Shown here piece by piece: positions 63,165-64,000 of a stretch of DNA of 64,000 bases. Positions within the stretch are counted from its first letter, which is position 1, and each line of letters opens with the position of its first letter. The translations under genes and the position numbers were made by a program. The notes beneath the pieces are model-generated. The model made no database searches and was not told the DNA's origin. It worked only from the letters and a program-made list of their open reading frames with translations. Origin of the DNA: the human T2T-CHM13v2.0 reference genome, Homo sapiens; NCBI RefSeq assembly GCF_009914755.1, contig NC_060925.1, one strand, 5' to 3'.

Positions 63165-63475
63165 ATTTTTTATTTTTTATTATTTTTATTTAAATTTTTT
63201 TGAGACAGTGTCTCGCTCTGTCACCCAGGCTGGAGTGCAGTGACACGATTTCACTGCAACCTTTGCCCCTGGGTTCAAGTGATTCTCCTGCCTCAGACTC
63301 TCGAGTAGTTGAGAATACAGGCACCCGCCACCACACCCGGCTAATTTTTGTATTTTTAGTAGAGACGGGGTTTTGCCATGTTGGCCAGGCTGGTCTCAAA
63401 CTCCTGACCTTAAGTGATCCGCCCGCCTTGGCCTCCCAAAGTGCTGAGATTATAGGCATGAGCCACTGCGCCCCA
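63165..63475 (-). mobile_element. AluS
   Basis: TSD ataaatgttat. Confidence 0.9.
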
Positions 63476-63701
63476 ACCAACTGATAAATGTTATCACGTA
63501 TGATGAGAGTGGGGGGGTTCTTGCCTTTTTCCCCAAACTTATAGTAAGTGTATTCAATATTTAACCTTATGTATGATATCAGCTATAACTTTATTATAAT
63601 GTCCTTCATGAGATTTTGGGGGGGAATAGAAAGCTAGCAAAATAATTAGACAAACATACTGCAGAAAATCATATACATTTTCAAATCAAATACATAAAAC
63701 C

Positions 63702-64000
<299 letters not shown>

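Overview
Primate (very likely human) genomic DNA from inside the AK4 gene (mitochondrial adenylate kinase 4), transcribed on the + strand. Only two coding exons are present: 30698-30817 (120 nt, phase 1-1, tandem TAG/AAG acceptor) and 58743-58915 (173 nt). They are separated by a 27.9-kb intron that splits the adenylate-kinase signature WLLDG|FPRTLGQ. The start-codon exon and the last exons lie outside the window. The rest is intron, rich in interspersed repeats: about 55 Alu-family pieces (roughly a fifth of the window, estimated by eye), a complete LTR-int-LTR MST-type MaLR provirus, solo LTRs (LTR8 nested in a MER57-like LTR, THE1, MLT1, LTR9-like), Tigger/hAT DNA-transposon fossils, and L1, L2, L3 and MIR fragments. 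Nearly all ORFs in the supplied track are repeat-derived or chance ORFs. I find no supportable evidence for a new biological system. The noteworthy items are small-scale: palindromic and template-switch-like scars, nested insertions, unusual Alu structures and possible splice alternatives. Repeat subfamily names come from remembered consensus sequences, and repeat boundaries are approximate unless a TSD is cited.
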